The notes under the pieces: generated by a model | The model's database searches: none | What the model was told of the DNA's origin: nothing | Seen by the model: only the letters and a program-made list of their open reading frames with translations | Translations under genes and position numbers: made by a program | In this document: positions 31,307-41,086 of the stretch, in pieces | How positions within the stretch are numbered: the stretch's first letter is position 1 | How the letters are laid out: each line of letters opens with the position of its first letter | NCBI GenBank assembly: GCA_038230075.1 | Contig: JBBRNV010000006.1 | Coordinates: 1 to 50,208 of the forward strand | Origin: Minisyncoccia bacterium | Lineage (GTDB): Bacteria; Patescibacteriota; Minisyncoccia; Phycocordibacterales; CALRBL01 | Direction: 5' to 3' | Length of the DNA stretch: 50,208 nt

Positions 31307-34033
31307 CTAGTTCAGAATTGGAAAAGGAAATGGATCTGTTGATGTACTCACTCCAATACAAATCTGTGAGTTAATGTGCCATCGTGTTGTTTTGTATACG
31401 TATCCTGTAGGAGTTGAAGTCTGCATAAGACCTGCATCAACCCAAGGCTTAAGAATTTGTGTTGAATATTTTTTCTGATAATTTTCAACAGCTTTCTTTG
31501 TTGCTGGTCCGAAGAATCCAGTAACAGGAAGTTTTGCTGTGTCATGCCAGTTGAGGAATTCTTGAAGTTTCTTAACTTCAGTTTTACTATTATTCTTTCC
31601 AATTTTTAGATAATCGAGAATAAATGGAGGACATGAAAGTGCGGGAGTTCCATCGTTAGACGTAAAGGCTCCAAGAACACTTCCGCCAGTTGATCCGCCT
31701 GAGACACCATTTCGGTTTGATGATCCACTAAATGAACCTCCTCCACCTCCTGATGATGAGCCACCTCCACCTGAGGGAGGAGTGACTATCACAGGGACTG
31801 CGTGTTGTTTATTAACAATAGTTACCACTGTTGTTGTTCCAGCAACTACGTTAATTTGAACTCCCCTTGTCTCTTCGTCAGTGTCGGGAGAAATTGAAAC
31901 AAGATCGTATGTTGAAGTCGCGCCTTCAGTAACTGTATATACTCCTGGAGTAACGTTAGTAAAGACTCCACTTGAAGCCTGTGAGAAAGGTAATGTAAAT
32001 GTTGGACCTGGACCTTCTATGAATGAAGGAACATTGTTCTCTTCAAGACTCACGTCAAAAACTGAGTTATCAGAAGTTGTGGCGCCATTTGCATCTTGTA
32101 CCACCTTAACCACTTGCACATTTCCTTCATCTGCACGATTAGTGAATGTGCAAAATACTTCATCACCAGCATCTAGATTTAATTGTTCTCCGTTGTGAAT
32201 AACGATTCCCTCTGAATTACCTTCATACTGACAACTTGATCCTTCAAGTCTCCAAAGTGGAACTGCGTTTTCTGTAAGGTCATATGATCCGGGAGCAACT
32301 TCAAGAAGTGCGTCACCGTGTCCTTCATCACCAGCTGCATTTGCAGTTGTTGTTGCAATGAATGAAGGTGCTGCATCTTCTACCTGCGCTTGTGCTAAAG
32401 GGAAAGCTTGTACAAGAGTGAATTCAAATGGCTGATCAAAGTTAGCATTTGGAGCTGTTACTTTGTGAATGTGAATCTTTGCAGTTGTTGGATTCCCTCC
32501 TCCATCAGGAGCATTTTTTGTAAATTGTAAGTGACAATATAAGTGATTATCTTCACCTGTCGCCGCTGCTAAGTTACTACTATCACAGTTACTATTGGGT
32601 GCAGTGTTTGTATATGTGTATCCTTGATTTGTAATAATTTCAGGATTAATTGCATTGATTGCAAAACTATCTCCTGATACTCCGTCTGTTCGGAATGTAA
32701 ATTCTTTATTTTCGAATGTCATTTCAGGAGCACTTGTTGCATAAATAACACTACCTGTTCCTTGGAAATAGACACCGCTTCCTGTTGCATTAACTGACAC
32801 ATTAAGTGGTGTTCTATCTGTTGCTGGACCGAATGCATTAAGCACATCTACGTGAACTGAGACAGTGTATGTCTTGTACGGAGGTTGGTGTTCGTCGTTG
32901 AAAGTGATTCCACAAGTTTTTGTTCCACTTGTAAGATTTCCTACACAATCTTCATTGTTGAAGTAAATATTGTATGGACCTGGAGTTGGAGTTCCTGGAG
33001 TAACAACAACGTGGTAGTCGCCGTTAATTGGGAATGTTGTTGAGGCAAGATCAGCACCTTCTACTGTCACAGCACTTGTACTTGTTGGTGAACTTGTACT
33101 ATATACAGTGAACATGAAATTTGAAGCTGTTGATGTTCCCCCTTCATCATTTTGGAATGTTGGAACAATACTCAAAGATCCTCCTGTTGGTTGTGGCTGA
33201 AGTTGTGTGAATACAAATGTGCATTCGTATACAGGATTAATTGCATTTGTTGAAGAAAGTAAGAGACCTGGCAAAGGTTCATTGAACAGTCCATCTGAAC
33301 TACAAGTTCCTTCTGTTGAAGATGCGTATCCTAAGTTTGTAATAACTTCAGGATTCTTTGTGTCGAATACAAAACCTCCTCCTGAATGATCAGGGTGGAA
33401 TGTAAAGTAATTATCAACAATCCAATTTGATGATGAAGCAAACTCATCAAACAATGGAGTTCCTGTTCCGTTAAGAAGCAATCCTGGCTGACCAGCACTT
33501 AGTTTAAGATCGAGATTACTAAAATCTGTCAGAGTTCCTCCAAATGGATTTCGAATTTCAACATTAAGGTCGAATCGATATGTTTGAGTTGGAGAATAAA
33601 ATGGCCAACATGATGGATCAGATCCATCAACTAAAAAGTTACCGTTGTTGTCGATTCCATCGTGACATAGTGCGTAGGTATCTTCTGTTCCTGATGGAAG
33701 AACTACCAATCCTGGGTTCGCTGGGAATCCTGGAACTTGGTAAAACTGGTAACAAGATGGGTCTGATGCGTCTACTAAAAAGTTCGCATTGTTATCAATT
33801 CCATCATGACATAATTGAAATGTGTTTTCTGTTCCTACTGATGCAACATTTGTTTGAACATCAATTGGTGCTGAATTTACTTCAACTGAAGGAGTATCGA
33901 TTACTTCAGATGAACTTGTGACGTCAGGTGTATTTGTTACCACTGCGTCTTCGGCGAAACCTTTACTACTTACGAATAATATTGTGATAAAAACGCTTAA
34001 AATAAGCTTTTTTGTTAAAGTTGTGCCTTTCAT
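31307..34033 (-). CDS. surface protein with two CxDGxDNx..DPxC motifs, SpaA/prealbumin-like domains and C-terminal peptidoglycan-binding domain
   Basis: Signal peptide from MKGTT; CHDGIDNN.NFLVD.SDPSC twice; G/S linker; LKIG..EVKKLQEFLN..TGFFGPATKKAV..YQ. Confidence 0.8.
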   Translation of the reverse strand: MKGTTLTKKLILSVFITILFVSSKGFAEDAVVTNTPDVTSSSEVIDTPSVEVNSAPIDVQTNVASVGTENTFQLCHDGIDNNANFLVDASDPSCYQFYQVPGFPANPGLVVLPSGTEDTYALCHDGIDNNGNFLVDGSDPSCWPFYSPTQTYRFDLNVEIRNPFGGTLTDFSNLDLKLSAGQPGLLLNGTGTPLFDEFASSSNWIVDNYFTFHPDHSGGGFVFDTKNPEVITNLGYASSTEGTCSSDGLFNEPLPGLLLSSTNAINPVYECTFVFTQLQPQPTGGSLSIVPTFQNDEGGTSTASNFMFTVYSTSSPTSTSAVTVEGADLASTTFPINGDYHVVVTPGTPTPGPYNIYFNNEDCVGNLTSGTKTCGITFNDEHQPPYKTYTVSVHVDVLNAFGPATDRTPLNVSVNATGSGVYFQGTGSVIYATSAPEMTFENKEFTFRTDGVSGDSFAINAINPEIITNQGYTYTNTAPNSNCDSSNLAAATGEDNHLYCHLQFTKNAPDGGGNPTTAKIHIHKVTAPNANFDQPFEFTLVQAFPLAQAQVEDAAPSFIATTTANAAGDEGHGDALLEVAPGSYDLTENAVPLWRLEGSSCQYEGNSEGIVIHNGEQLNLDAGDEVFCTFTNRADEGNVQVVKVVQDANGATTSDNSVFDVSLEENNVPSFIEGPGPTFTLPFSQASSGVFTNVTPGVYTVTEGATSTYDLVSISPDTDEETRGVQINVVAGTTTVVTIVNKQHAVPVIVTPPSGGGGSSSGGGGGSFSGSSNRNGVSGGSTGGSVLGAFTSNDGTPALSCPPFILDYLKIGKNNSKTEVKKLQEFLNWHDTAKLPVTGFFGPATKKAVENYQKKYSTQILKPWVDAGLMQTSTPTGYVYKTTRWHINSQICIGVSTSTDPFPFPILN

Positions 34034-34059
34034 ACCGTTGACCATACCATAAAAAACCA

Positions 34060-34090
34060 AGCCCCGCCACCTTTGTCAAGTGGAGGGGCT
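34060..34090 (-). terminator. terminator of the PEP-CTERM gene
   Basis: AGCCCC.CCAC..GTGG.GGGGCT stem, then TTTTTT on the minus strand. Confidence 0.65.
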
Positions 34091-34142
34091 GTGAGCATTT
34101 GCTCAAGTTGTTAAGCAGGAATTTCACCTGCGGAATTGTTGC

Positions 34143-34874
34143 TCAGGCCACCAGTTGCTGTCGGCCCCGATAACGGCGGATGCCGTGGTAACCGAGCGCG
34201 CCAATGGCGACGAAACCTGCTAGCCACGTTGACGGTTCGGGGACGGCTGCGACAATTTCGAAGTCGCTAGTGGCGTTGAAGACGCCGGGTGTGCCAGTGG
34301 CCACATCGTGCGAATTGATCTTCCAAAGCACGTGATGATTGGTATTACCCAGCAAGGTCAGATTCTCGGTAGAGAATGTTCCAGGCATGAGGCCTTGGAT
34401 CTGCTGACCATTGAAGGGAGTGCCGTCTGGACCTCCGATAGTCGCGCTGTAATGTGGACTGGTGCCGACATTGATGTGCGCGAGTACGTAGCTGATGAAG
34501 CCACCACCGTCGACACTATACATCACGTCATCAATGGCGCTGCCAGTCATGTTGAGAACAGCGAAGGTCGCGTAGACGTTGGGAACACCAATCGTTGACG
34601 AGACATAGCCAAGGCTTGTGCCATTATTCCCAGCGACAGCATTGTTACCAGGACCGTTGAAGGTCGCAGGCGACAGAAACATTCCACCGATAAGTGTCGG
34701 TGAGGGCGCGGCATCGAGCTGGGGCGGAATCGCCGCCAGAACGAACTGCTGTGGGCCGAGACTGCTGGCCGACGACTCAGTGTCGTAAGCCATGACGGAC
34801 GCGGTGGCCGCGAACGGATTGAGGATCGCCAGGAAGGCGATGAGAAGCGCGATAAAGCGCGAGGGTGTTTTCAT
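34143..34874 (-). CDS. secreted PEP-CTERM sorting-domain protein
   Basis: Signal peptide from MKTPSRF; C-terminal VPEPSTW, hydrophobic helix, then RRYRGR; markedly GC-rich. Confidence 0.9.
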   Translation of the reverse strand: MKTPSRFIALLIAFLAILNPFAATASVMAYDTESSASSLGPQQFVLAAIPPQLDAAPSPTLIGGMFLSPATFNGPGNNAVAGNNGTSLGYVSSTIGVPNVYATFAVLNMTGSAIDDVMYSVDGGGFISYVLAHINVGTSPHYSATIGGPDGTPFNGQQIQGLMPGTFSTENLTLLGNTNHHVLWKINSHDVATGTPGVFNATSDFEIVAAVPEPSTWLAGFVAIGALGYHGIRRYRGRQQLVA

Positions 34875-34963
34875 TGTTGGTCTGCGTGGTTGGGATTTTC
34901 CGATCTGAAGTGAAGACATCCACGGTGTATCGAAACCGAAACATCGAGGAACTGCCTACCCAC

Positions 34964-35042
34964 AGCCTATCTAAAATTAGACAATAGTCAAGCCCTTTAA
35001 GGCAAGATACCTATTGACAAAATACACTTTTTAGTGTATCAT
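34964..35042. promoter_or_regulatory. back-to-back promoters of the GC-rich divergent pair
   Basis: Minus strand TTGACT-16-TAGGCT (34964-34991); plus strand TTGACA-17-TATCAT (35014-35042) containing the palindrome ATACACT..AGTGTAT. Confidence 0.6.
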
Positions 35043-35138
35043 ACTACCTGAATCAGTCCCTTAGTGCAGACACACATGTCTGTACCAAGCCTGACAAACC
35101 AATCACGTAAAAAATTCACTACAGCCCCCTCCGACTCC

Positions 35139-36791
35139 ATGAAAACCCTGAAATCGCTGATCGCCCTCTTTGTGGCACTCCTCCTCAATCTCTTCGTCTG
35201 CCCTATGCAGGTCGAAGCCACCTCGCTCGCCACAACCGTTGATCTCGACCCTGTTCATTCAGTGGTCGACTACGTCAAGGTGCAAATGAGTAGTGGTCAA
35301 ACTCGCTTCGCCACCTGGGATTCGTCCCGGTCTGGCCGACGTGAAATCGCCCAAGCCTCCGGCCTGAAAAACTGGAAACCAACAGCGCGTGGAAACATGC
35401 ACTTGCTCAAAGTGCTCACCGAGCGCTACGGCGATACGACGAATAAATCCGTTGCACCGCCACCGAAAGCACCTGTGTATCCGCCCGCCGCCGAGTTGAA
35501 AACGAACGTGCCGGCCTCACCGTCAGTGCCGATCGTTATCAATCAAAGCACTCCCCGGCCTTTGGTCTTAGGAGACATCAATTCATCCAGCATCTTCGGA
35601 AGCTTGGAGGGATATACCGTCTTCAACCAACAACCACGACAAGAGCTTCAGCTCCCAGTCTTCGCACCAATCCCCCAACCAGCATTTGTGTCGCCTCCGG
35701 CCGCATCAACGCCTGAAAAAGGAACGGTGAAGGAAGGAAAAGGTGGACAACCTCCACCGGAAGCAGAAGCATCACCGAGCGCAAGTCCGGCGGTCGCACC
35801 ACCTGCCATTGCTGCACCCGCAGCGACTCCCGCTTCGACACCAGCTACTGAGACTGGGTCACCGTCACCAGGAGCAAATCCCTTCGTTAACAACGCAGGT
35901 TTTGCATCACTTCCGGACTCCGGAGGTGCACCTAAGACCGATGGACCACCCGCCGCAGGCAACCCGCCAGCAGCGAATCCACCTTCAGTATTCGAAAGTC
36001 TCAAGTGGGAGTTGACGAAAACCGCGATCGACAGTTTCGCAAAAGAGCACGTGCTCGGTCTCACGATCGTAGCGACAATCGTTCTGATGCTTACAGTCGT
36101 CGCGCTCTATGCTTCGTGGCTCGGATGGTGGCGTTGGCTGATCCTTGTCCCTGTGACAATGATCGCAACCGCCGTCACCCTTTACCTCGGATACTGGATC
36201 TCGACATCAGTCGCGTACACGGTTCTCCTCATTGGAGTTCTGTACTGGCGCTGGCGCGTCAACAAGAACAAGTCAGTGGTGAAAGCGGTTGGTGACAACT
36301 ATGAAAAAGTGGTCGCCGCAGAAGACGAAGAAGAAAGCAACTTCAACTTCAATCAGTGGCAACTCCTCTCTCAAGAAGAATTGAATGCCGACGAAAGTCG
36401 GATACTCGTTCTCTTTGTTCGCTGGATCGAATTAAAATTCCCAAGCGAATTATCCCGGAAGAATCTCAAAGTTCAAACGGGCACCGAGCTTGGTGAAAAA
36501 GATCTAGACCAAATCTTGTGGCTCGCAAAAGATCAAATCCGCCGCTACCACGAGCAACAAGCAGCCGCACTGGCCGCCGCTCAGCAAATGGCAGAAACCG
36601 TCTTGCCGGCCGCACCCGCGACCGACGAAACTGCCGAAGCCCCAACTCCTGTGCCGGAAAACCTCCTGCATTTCAGACTGGAAGAACATCAACCCACCGT
36701 CGACGAATCGTCGGCAACAACAATGCTCCCACCGGAGCACGGGAAGTCGGGAGAGGAGGATCCTCCCGACGGCAAAGCTGCAGCTTCCTAA
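35139..36791 (+). CDS. GC-rich orphan membrane protein (signal peptide, Pro/Ala-rich ectodomain, about 3 TMs, acidic tail)
   Basis: Long ORF; start moved to MKTLKSL; followed by the hairpin AGAGACCGG..CCGGTCTTT at about 36875-36908. Confidence 0.75.
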   Translation: MKTLKSLIALFVALLLNLFVCPMQVEATSLATTVDLDPVHSVVDYVKVQMSSGQTRFATWDSSRSGRREIAQASGLKNWKPTARGNMHLLKVLTERYGDTTNKSVAPPPKAPVYPPAAELKTNVPASPSVPIVINQSTPRPLVLGDINSSSIFGSLEGYTVFNQQPRQELQLPVFAPIPQPAFVSPPAASTPEKGTVKEGKGGQPPPEAEASPSASPAVAPPAIAAPAATPASTPATETGSPSPGANPFVNNAGFASLPDSGGAPKTDGPPAAGNPPAANPPSVFESLKWELTKTAIDSFAKEHVLGLTIVATIVLMLTVVALYASWLGWWRWLILVPVTMIATAVTLYLGYWISTSVAYTVLLIGVLYWRWRVNKNKSVVKAVGDNYEKVVAAEDEEESNFNFNQWQLLSQEELNADESRILVLFVRWIELKFPSELSRKNLKVQTGTELGEKDLDQILWLAKDQIRRYHEQQAAALAAAQQMAETVLPAAPATDETAEAPTPVPENLLHFRLEEHQPTVDESSATTMLPPEHGKSGEEDPPDGKAAAS

Positions 36792-36952
36792 GTAGCTGCG
36801 CTTAGTCTTCAAAAACTTAGTACGTGATGGTTCACGTCAGAATTTCTCTGATACGCAGTGGTCTGCTATCAGAAAGAGACCGGTGTCGCTCACGCGATGC
36901 CGGTCTTTCTGCGTCTGTATTTTATTTTCTACACTTTTTCTAACTCTATCTT

Positions 36953-39022
36953 TTATACCTGATGTTCAATATCTAACTTCTTTTTTGGTTCAACTCCGTG
37001 CATGATCAATAGTTTCTCGAAATCATCTCGTTCAATAGTTTCAACTTCAACAAGTTTTTTAGCAATGGTATCGAGAAGTGGTTTTTGTTTTTTAATAATT
37101 TCTTCTGCTCGGGCTCGTGCTTCATTCATAATTTTTGAAACTTCAGCATCGATTTCAGATCCAACTTTTTCAGAATAATCTCGCTCACCTACCCCTTGAC
37201 CAAAAAGTGGTCGGCCTCCAGAACTTTCAAAAGCGATTGGTCCCATTTTGTCTGACATTCCATAGCGAGTAACCATAGCTCGCGCAAGCGATGTTGAAAC
37301 CTGCAAGTCATTTGATGCACCAGTAGTGATATCGTCGTACACAATTTTTTCTGTCACGAATCCTCCGAGAGATACCACAATATCATCTAAGAATTCTTTT
37401 TTTGATTGAAGTTTTCGATCTTCGATCGGAAGTTTGAGCGTATATCCAGCAGCTCTTCCTCGAGAAATAATTGAAACTTTATGAACAGGATCTGAGTATT
37501 CAAGAATTGATGCCAACACTGCGTGCCCTGCTTCGTGATATGCTGTTAATTCTTTTTCTCTTTTACCCATTAAGTGACTTCGTCGTTCAGGACCAAGCAT
37601 TACTTTTTCTATTGATCGAATTAAATCGTATTGAGAAATCTTTGTTCTGTTTTCTCGAGCTGCCAAAATTGCTCCTTCATTCATTAATGAATATAGATCT
37701 GCTCCAGAAAAACCTGGTGTTCGTTCAGCAATGACTTTCAAATTAACGTCTTCTGCAAATGGTTTTTCTTTTGAGTGAACATAAAGAATGGCTTCTCGGT
37801 CGGATCGATCAGGAAGATCAATGGTTACTCGTCGGTCGAATCGTCCAGGTCGAAGAAGTGCCGGATCAAGAACGTCTGGTCGGTTAGTGGCTGCCATGAC
37901 AATTACTTTTTCATTTGGTTCGAATCCATCCATCTCAACCAAAATTTGGTTAAGAGTTTGCTCTCGCTCATCATTTCCTCCTCCCATTCCTGTTCCTCGA
38001 ACACGTCCAACTGCGTCAATTTCGTCAACGAAAATAATAGCGGGTGCAGCGCGTTTTGCTACGGCAAATAAATCTCGCACACGTGAGGCTCCAACTCCAA
38101 CAAACATTTCAACAAATTCTGATCCTGAAATTGAGAAGAATGAAACTCCTGCTTCCCCTGCTACAGCTCGGGCAAGTAATGTCTTTCCTGTTCCTGGCGC
38201 TCCCATGAGAAGAATTCCTTTAGGAATACGTGCACCTATATCTAAGAATTTTTTAGGATTTTTTAGAAAGTCTACAATTTCACTTAGTTCTTCTTTTGCT
38301 TCTTTAGCACCTGCAACATCTTTAAAAGTGACCCGTTGTTTCTTATCATCTGGATTAGTCAGTCGCGCTCGAGATTGTCCGAAAGTGAAAGCCTGCATTC
38401 CCTGCCCTCGTGCTTGTCGTGTTAAATACCAAAGGAAAATTCCCATTACTAAGAGTGGAAGAATATAAGGAAGAAGATTGGCTAACCAGTATCCTATACC
38501 ACTTTCATCTTTCACTTCAATCTTAACAGCGGCCAATCGATCTTTATCAACATTATAGTTTGCAAGTGTTTGAGAAAGCGAACTTTCTATTTCTTTCTTT
38601 GCTGTTTTTACAACAGGGGTACTTGTTGAACTGATAGATACACTTACAGGCATAACAGATGACGCGGTATTAGTTGCTGTCATCATGTCGATTGAAGACG
38701 TTGCAACAACCCCAAGTTCTGCAGAGGTTGTTGTGGCATAGGTAATAGTTAGGTCTTCTCCACTCACCACAATTGCACTAACTTTTCCTGCATTAATATC
38801 GTTTGCCAATTCTGAAATTGAAATTTGATTCTTGGCAGCTCCGACTTCGATAAATGAATAAACAGCAATAATGGTAATGAAAATTAAAACAGCCCCTATC
38901 ATATTATTGGTAAAACTTCGTGGTGCGGGAGCTTTTCGTTGAGGTTGTTTTTGTTGTGGCATTTCTTTTTTATTAGGCACTTCTTTCTTTGGCTTTTTCG
39001 ATTGATCGTGTGATGACATCAT
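36953..39022 (-). CDS. ftsH: ATP-dependent zinc metalloprotease FtsH
   Basis: Two TMs; [28 protein letters not shown]; start at 39022 or 39019. Confidence 0.98.
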   Translation of the reverse strand: MMSSHDQSKKPKKEVPNKKEMPQQKQPQRKAPAPRSFTNNMIGAVLIFITIIAVYSFIEVGAAKNQISISELANDINAGKVSAIVVSGEDLTITYATTTSAELGVVATSSIDMMTATNTASSVMPVSVSISSTSTPVVKTAKKEIESSLSQTLANYNVDKDRLAAVKIEVKDESGIGYWLANLLPYILPLLVMGIFLWYLTRQARGQGMQAFTFGQSRARLTNPDDKKQRVTFKDVAGAKEAKEELSEIVDFLKNPKKFLDIGARIPKGILLMGAPGTGKTLLARAVAGEAGVSFFSISGSEFVEMFVGVGASRVRDLFAVAKRAAPAIIFVDEIDAVGRVRGTGMGGGNDEREQTLNQILVEMDGFEPNEKVIVMAATNRPDVLDPALLRPGRFDRRVTIDLPDRSDREAILYVHSKEKPFAEDVNLKVIAERTPGFSGADLYSLMNEGAILAARENRTKISQYDLIRSIEKVMLGPERRSHLMGKREKELTAYHEAGHAVLASILEYSDPVHKVSIISRGRAAGYTLKLPIEDRKLQSKKEFLDDIVVSLGGFVTEKIVYDDITTGASNDLQVSTSLARAMVTRYGMSDKMGPIAFESSGGRPLFGQGVGERDYSEKVGSEIDAEVSKIMNEARARAEEIIKKQKPLLDTIAKKLVEVETIERDDFEKLLIMHGVEPKKKLDIEHQV

Positions 39023-39073
39023 CCGATTATACACGAGCCCAAAACTGATGCTACTATTACCCTATCTCTCTAT

Positions 39074-39520
39074 ATGAAAGTATTTGCGGAATATAAAAAG
39101 GCCCATTTCAACTTTGAACCCGAAGAAATCTTCGATGGTGGTATTGAGTTGCTCGGTTTTGAAGTAAAAGCGGTACGCGAGGGTAAAGTAACCTTTGAAG
39201 GTGCCTATATTGGAGTACGCGGCGGCGAAGCATATCTATTGAATGCTCATATTAGCCCTTTTCAACAAGCCAACACCCCTCCAGACTACGATCCTATTCG
39301 AGCTCGAGTTATTCTTATAAAAAAGGAAGAGATCGAGAGATTGGCAGAGGCTGAAGCGAAAAAAGGTTTGACCATCATTCCCCTCTCATTATATAGTGCA
39401 GGACGCAAGATCAAATTGAAATTTGCCATTGCACACGGTAAGAAAAAGTACGACAAACGTCATACATTAAAGAAGAGAGTGTCAGATCGTGATATCGAAC
39501 GAACTTTGAAATATCAGTAA
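39074..39520 (+). CDS. smpB: SsrA-binding protein
   Basis: GIELLGFEVKAVR, GLTIIPL, GKKKYDKR; adjacent to tmRNA. Confidence 0.97.
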   Translation: MKVFAEYKKAHFNFEPEEIFDGGIELLGFEVKAVREGKVTFEGAYIGVRGGEAYLLNAHISPFQQANTPPDYDPIRARVILIKKEEIERLAEAEAKKGLTIIPLSLYSAGRKIKLKFAIAHGKKKYDKRHTLKKRVSDRDIERTLKYQ

Positions 39521-39617
39521 ATCCATTTGGTCGCTTTTGTACGGGTTGGAAGGAACAGAACAACAGCGACACAAGTGTTCGACTTTTTGATTTTTATAAA
39601 ATCAAAAAATCTCCCTT

Positions 39618-40030
39618 GGGGATGATTGGCCTCGACAATTGGCTTACCTCTTTTTGTGCAACGTAGAGCTCCAATAACTCTTAAAAAGGTTGGAAACTTC
39701 AAGTGCTAAAAACACTGTAGCAAAAGCTTCACCGTATTTTGCGGTGAATGATTTCGCTTTCGCGTACGCAGCAGCCTAACCTAGTTAGCGCTGTCGCCCT
39801 ACGCGATGTCACTCGATCTCGTTTTTCAGGAGATCAAGCTGGCATAATATTCTGAAAATCGCCATAACGTTTTGTCTCAGACGTTAGGTTAAAAAACGAG
39901 GCTCGGATGTGCTTGTTCTGTATATCTTCTAGAACACATCTCAAACTCGCTTTGCGAGAAAGATAGACTACACGTTGTAGATTCAATCAAAGGCGCCTTT
40001 TGCACCCGGGTTCGATTCCCGGCATCTCCA
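39618..40030 (+). ncRNA. ssrA: tmRNA
   Basis: GGGGATG/CATCTCC-A acceptor with G3.U70; GGGTTCGATTCCC T-arm; tag ORF 39705-39779 (A)AKNTVAKASPYFAVNDFAFAYAAA*. Confidence 0.95.
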
Positions 40031-40126
40031 CAAAATTAAGGAACGTAGTGACTATAATTTTGTAGGATGTCGCCGTTTCGGCGACACCACAAACAAAAAA
40101 CACCCAGAAAGGTGTGTTTTTTGTTT
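40023..40126. repeat. hairpin element built on the tmRNA 3' end (copy 4) plus terminator
   Basis: Arms CATCTCCACAAAATTA / TAATTTTGTAGGATG around GGAACGTAGTGAC; CCACAAA duplicated at 40028 and 40087; then the AAACAAAAAACAC..GTGTTTTTTGTTT terminator. Confidence 0.7.
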
Positions 40127-40144
40127 ACATCATCACAACCAAAC

Positions 40145-40795
40145 CTAAATCAAATCTCCCCCAGCCTCCTGACAAAAAGCCTTCTTTTGACTCACGCTCG
40201 CTTTGTCTGGCATTGAGTTCACATTAAATGCAAAACTTTTTATTTTCACCACTATGTCATTTATTCCTGAAACTAAAAAGAAGTACTTTCCTGGCCATAC
40301 ATTTCCAACTTTCCACATCAATGTTTTTTCATTATTGAGCACAATTAGAGTCGAGAGGCCACTTGTTCCTGAGGTAATCTTTTTTTGACTTCCTCCATCA
40401 ACAAGTGCCATGTCTACATTTTTTATGTTATTTTTTGTAGTCCATGTTATTTGATAGGTACATCCTTGATACAGTTCACTCTTAACCACAGGATATACAA
40501 AACTCATATTCAAATTCGAATCTTCTGTTGTTGTACCAACAACAGTGCTCGTGCTTTGTAAAGCAGATGTTGAACTTGTCGCATTTACATTTTCAAGAAC
40601 GGTCGTTGTTGCAATTTGTATCACCCCCTCAGGTTCAATTTTTTTTACCACTGAAACCACTGACGCAATTTGTGGGCGAAGCGAAGTAACACTATCAAAT
40701 GCAACATTAATTTGATTATATGACCACAATCCAAATAAGCTTACTCCCCCTAAAAGAACAATGGTCACAATAAATATTCTTTTGGCAGATGTCAT
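40145..40795 (-). CDS. membrane-anchored protein with Thr/Ser linker and C-terminal Ig-like domain
   Basis: N-terminal hydrophobic helix; T/S-rich linker; YP..LYQG.TY.ITW..WKVG..PGKY beta-sandwich pattern. Confidence 0.7.
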   Translation of the reverse strand: MTSAKRIFIVTIVLLGGVSLFGLWSYNQINVAFDSVTSLRPQIASVVSVVKKIEPEGVIQIATTTVLENVNATSSTSALQSTSTVVGTTTEDSNLNMSFVYPVVKSELYQGCTYQITWTTKNNIKNVDMALVDGGSQKKITSGTSGLSTLIVLNNEKTLMWKVGNVWPGKYFFLVSGINDIVVKIKSFAFNVNSMPDKASVSQKKAFCQEAGGDLI

Positions 40796-40880
40796 GTGAC
40801 AATTCTAATCAAGCGAAGAGTTTCTGTCGATATGTACGGCAGTAATTAATGTGTGATAAATTGAGCCACACATTACTCAA

Positions 40881-40906
40881 TAAAAAAACCGCCCTTTCGA
40901 GCGGTT
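40881..40906 (-). terminator. terminator of the Tat operon
   Basis: AACCGC..TTCG..GCGGTT, then a T7 run on the minus strand, directly after tatA. Confidence 0.7.
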
Positions 40907-40912
40907 AAAAAA

Positions 40913-41086
40913 TTATTTCTTTTTATTTGGATCGACCTTATCACCCTCAGGGTCGTTGAAACCGTTTCGAATATGTCGAATTGCGTCTCCTATTCCTCGA
41001 GCAAGTTCGGGAATCTTTTTCGCACCAAAAAGTAGCACTAACACTACAGCCAAAATTATGATTTCTCTACTTCCTAGTCCTAGCAT
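40913..41086 (-). CDS. tatA: twin-arginine translocase subunit TatA (57 aa, missing from ORF track)
   Basis: MLGLGSREIIILAVVLVLLFGAKKIPELARGIGDAIRHIRNGF..: TM, FGxKKxPEL hinge and amphipathic helix; overlaps the tatC stop. Confidence 0.93.
   Translation of the reverse strand: MLGLGSREIIILAVVLVLLFGAKKIPELARGIGDAIRHIRNGFNDPEGDKVDPNKKK

Noticed and set aside
37788-38468. 226-aa antisense ORF over ftsH, and similar antisense ORFs over recA, ileS and the 1571-aa gene
   Set aside because: Typical antisense shadows of strongly biased coding frames, with no independent features.
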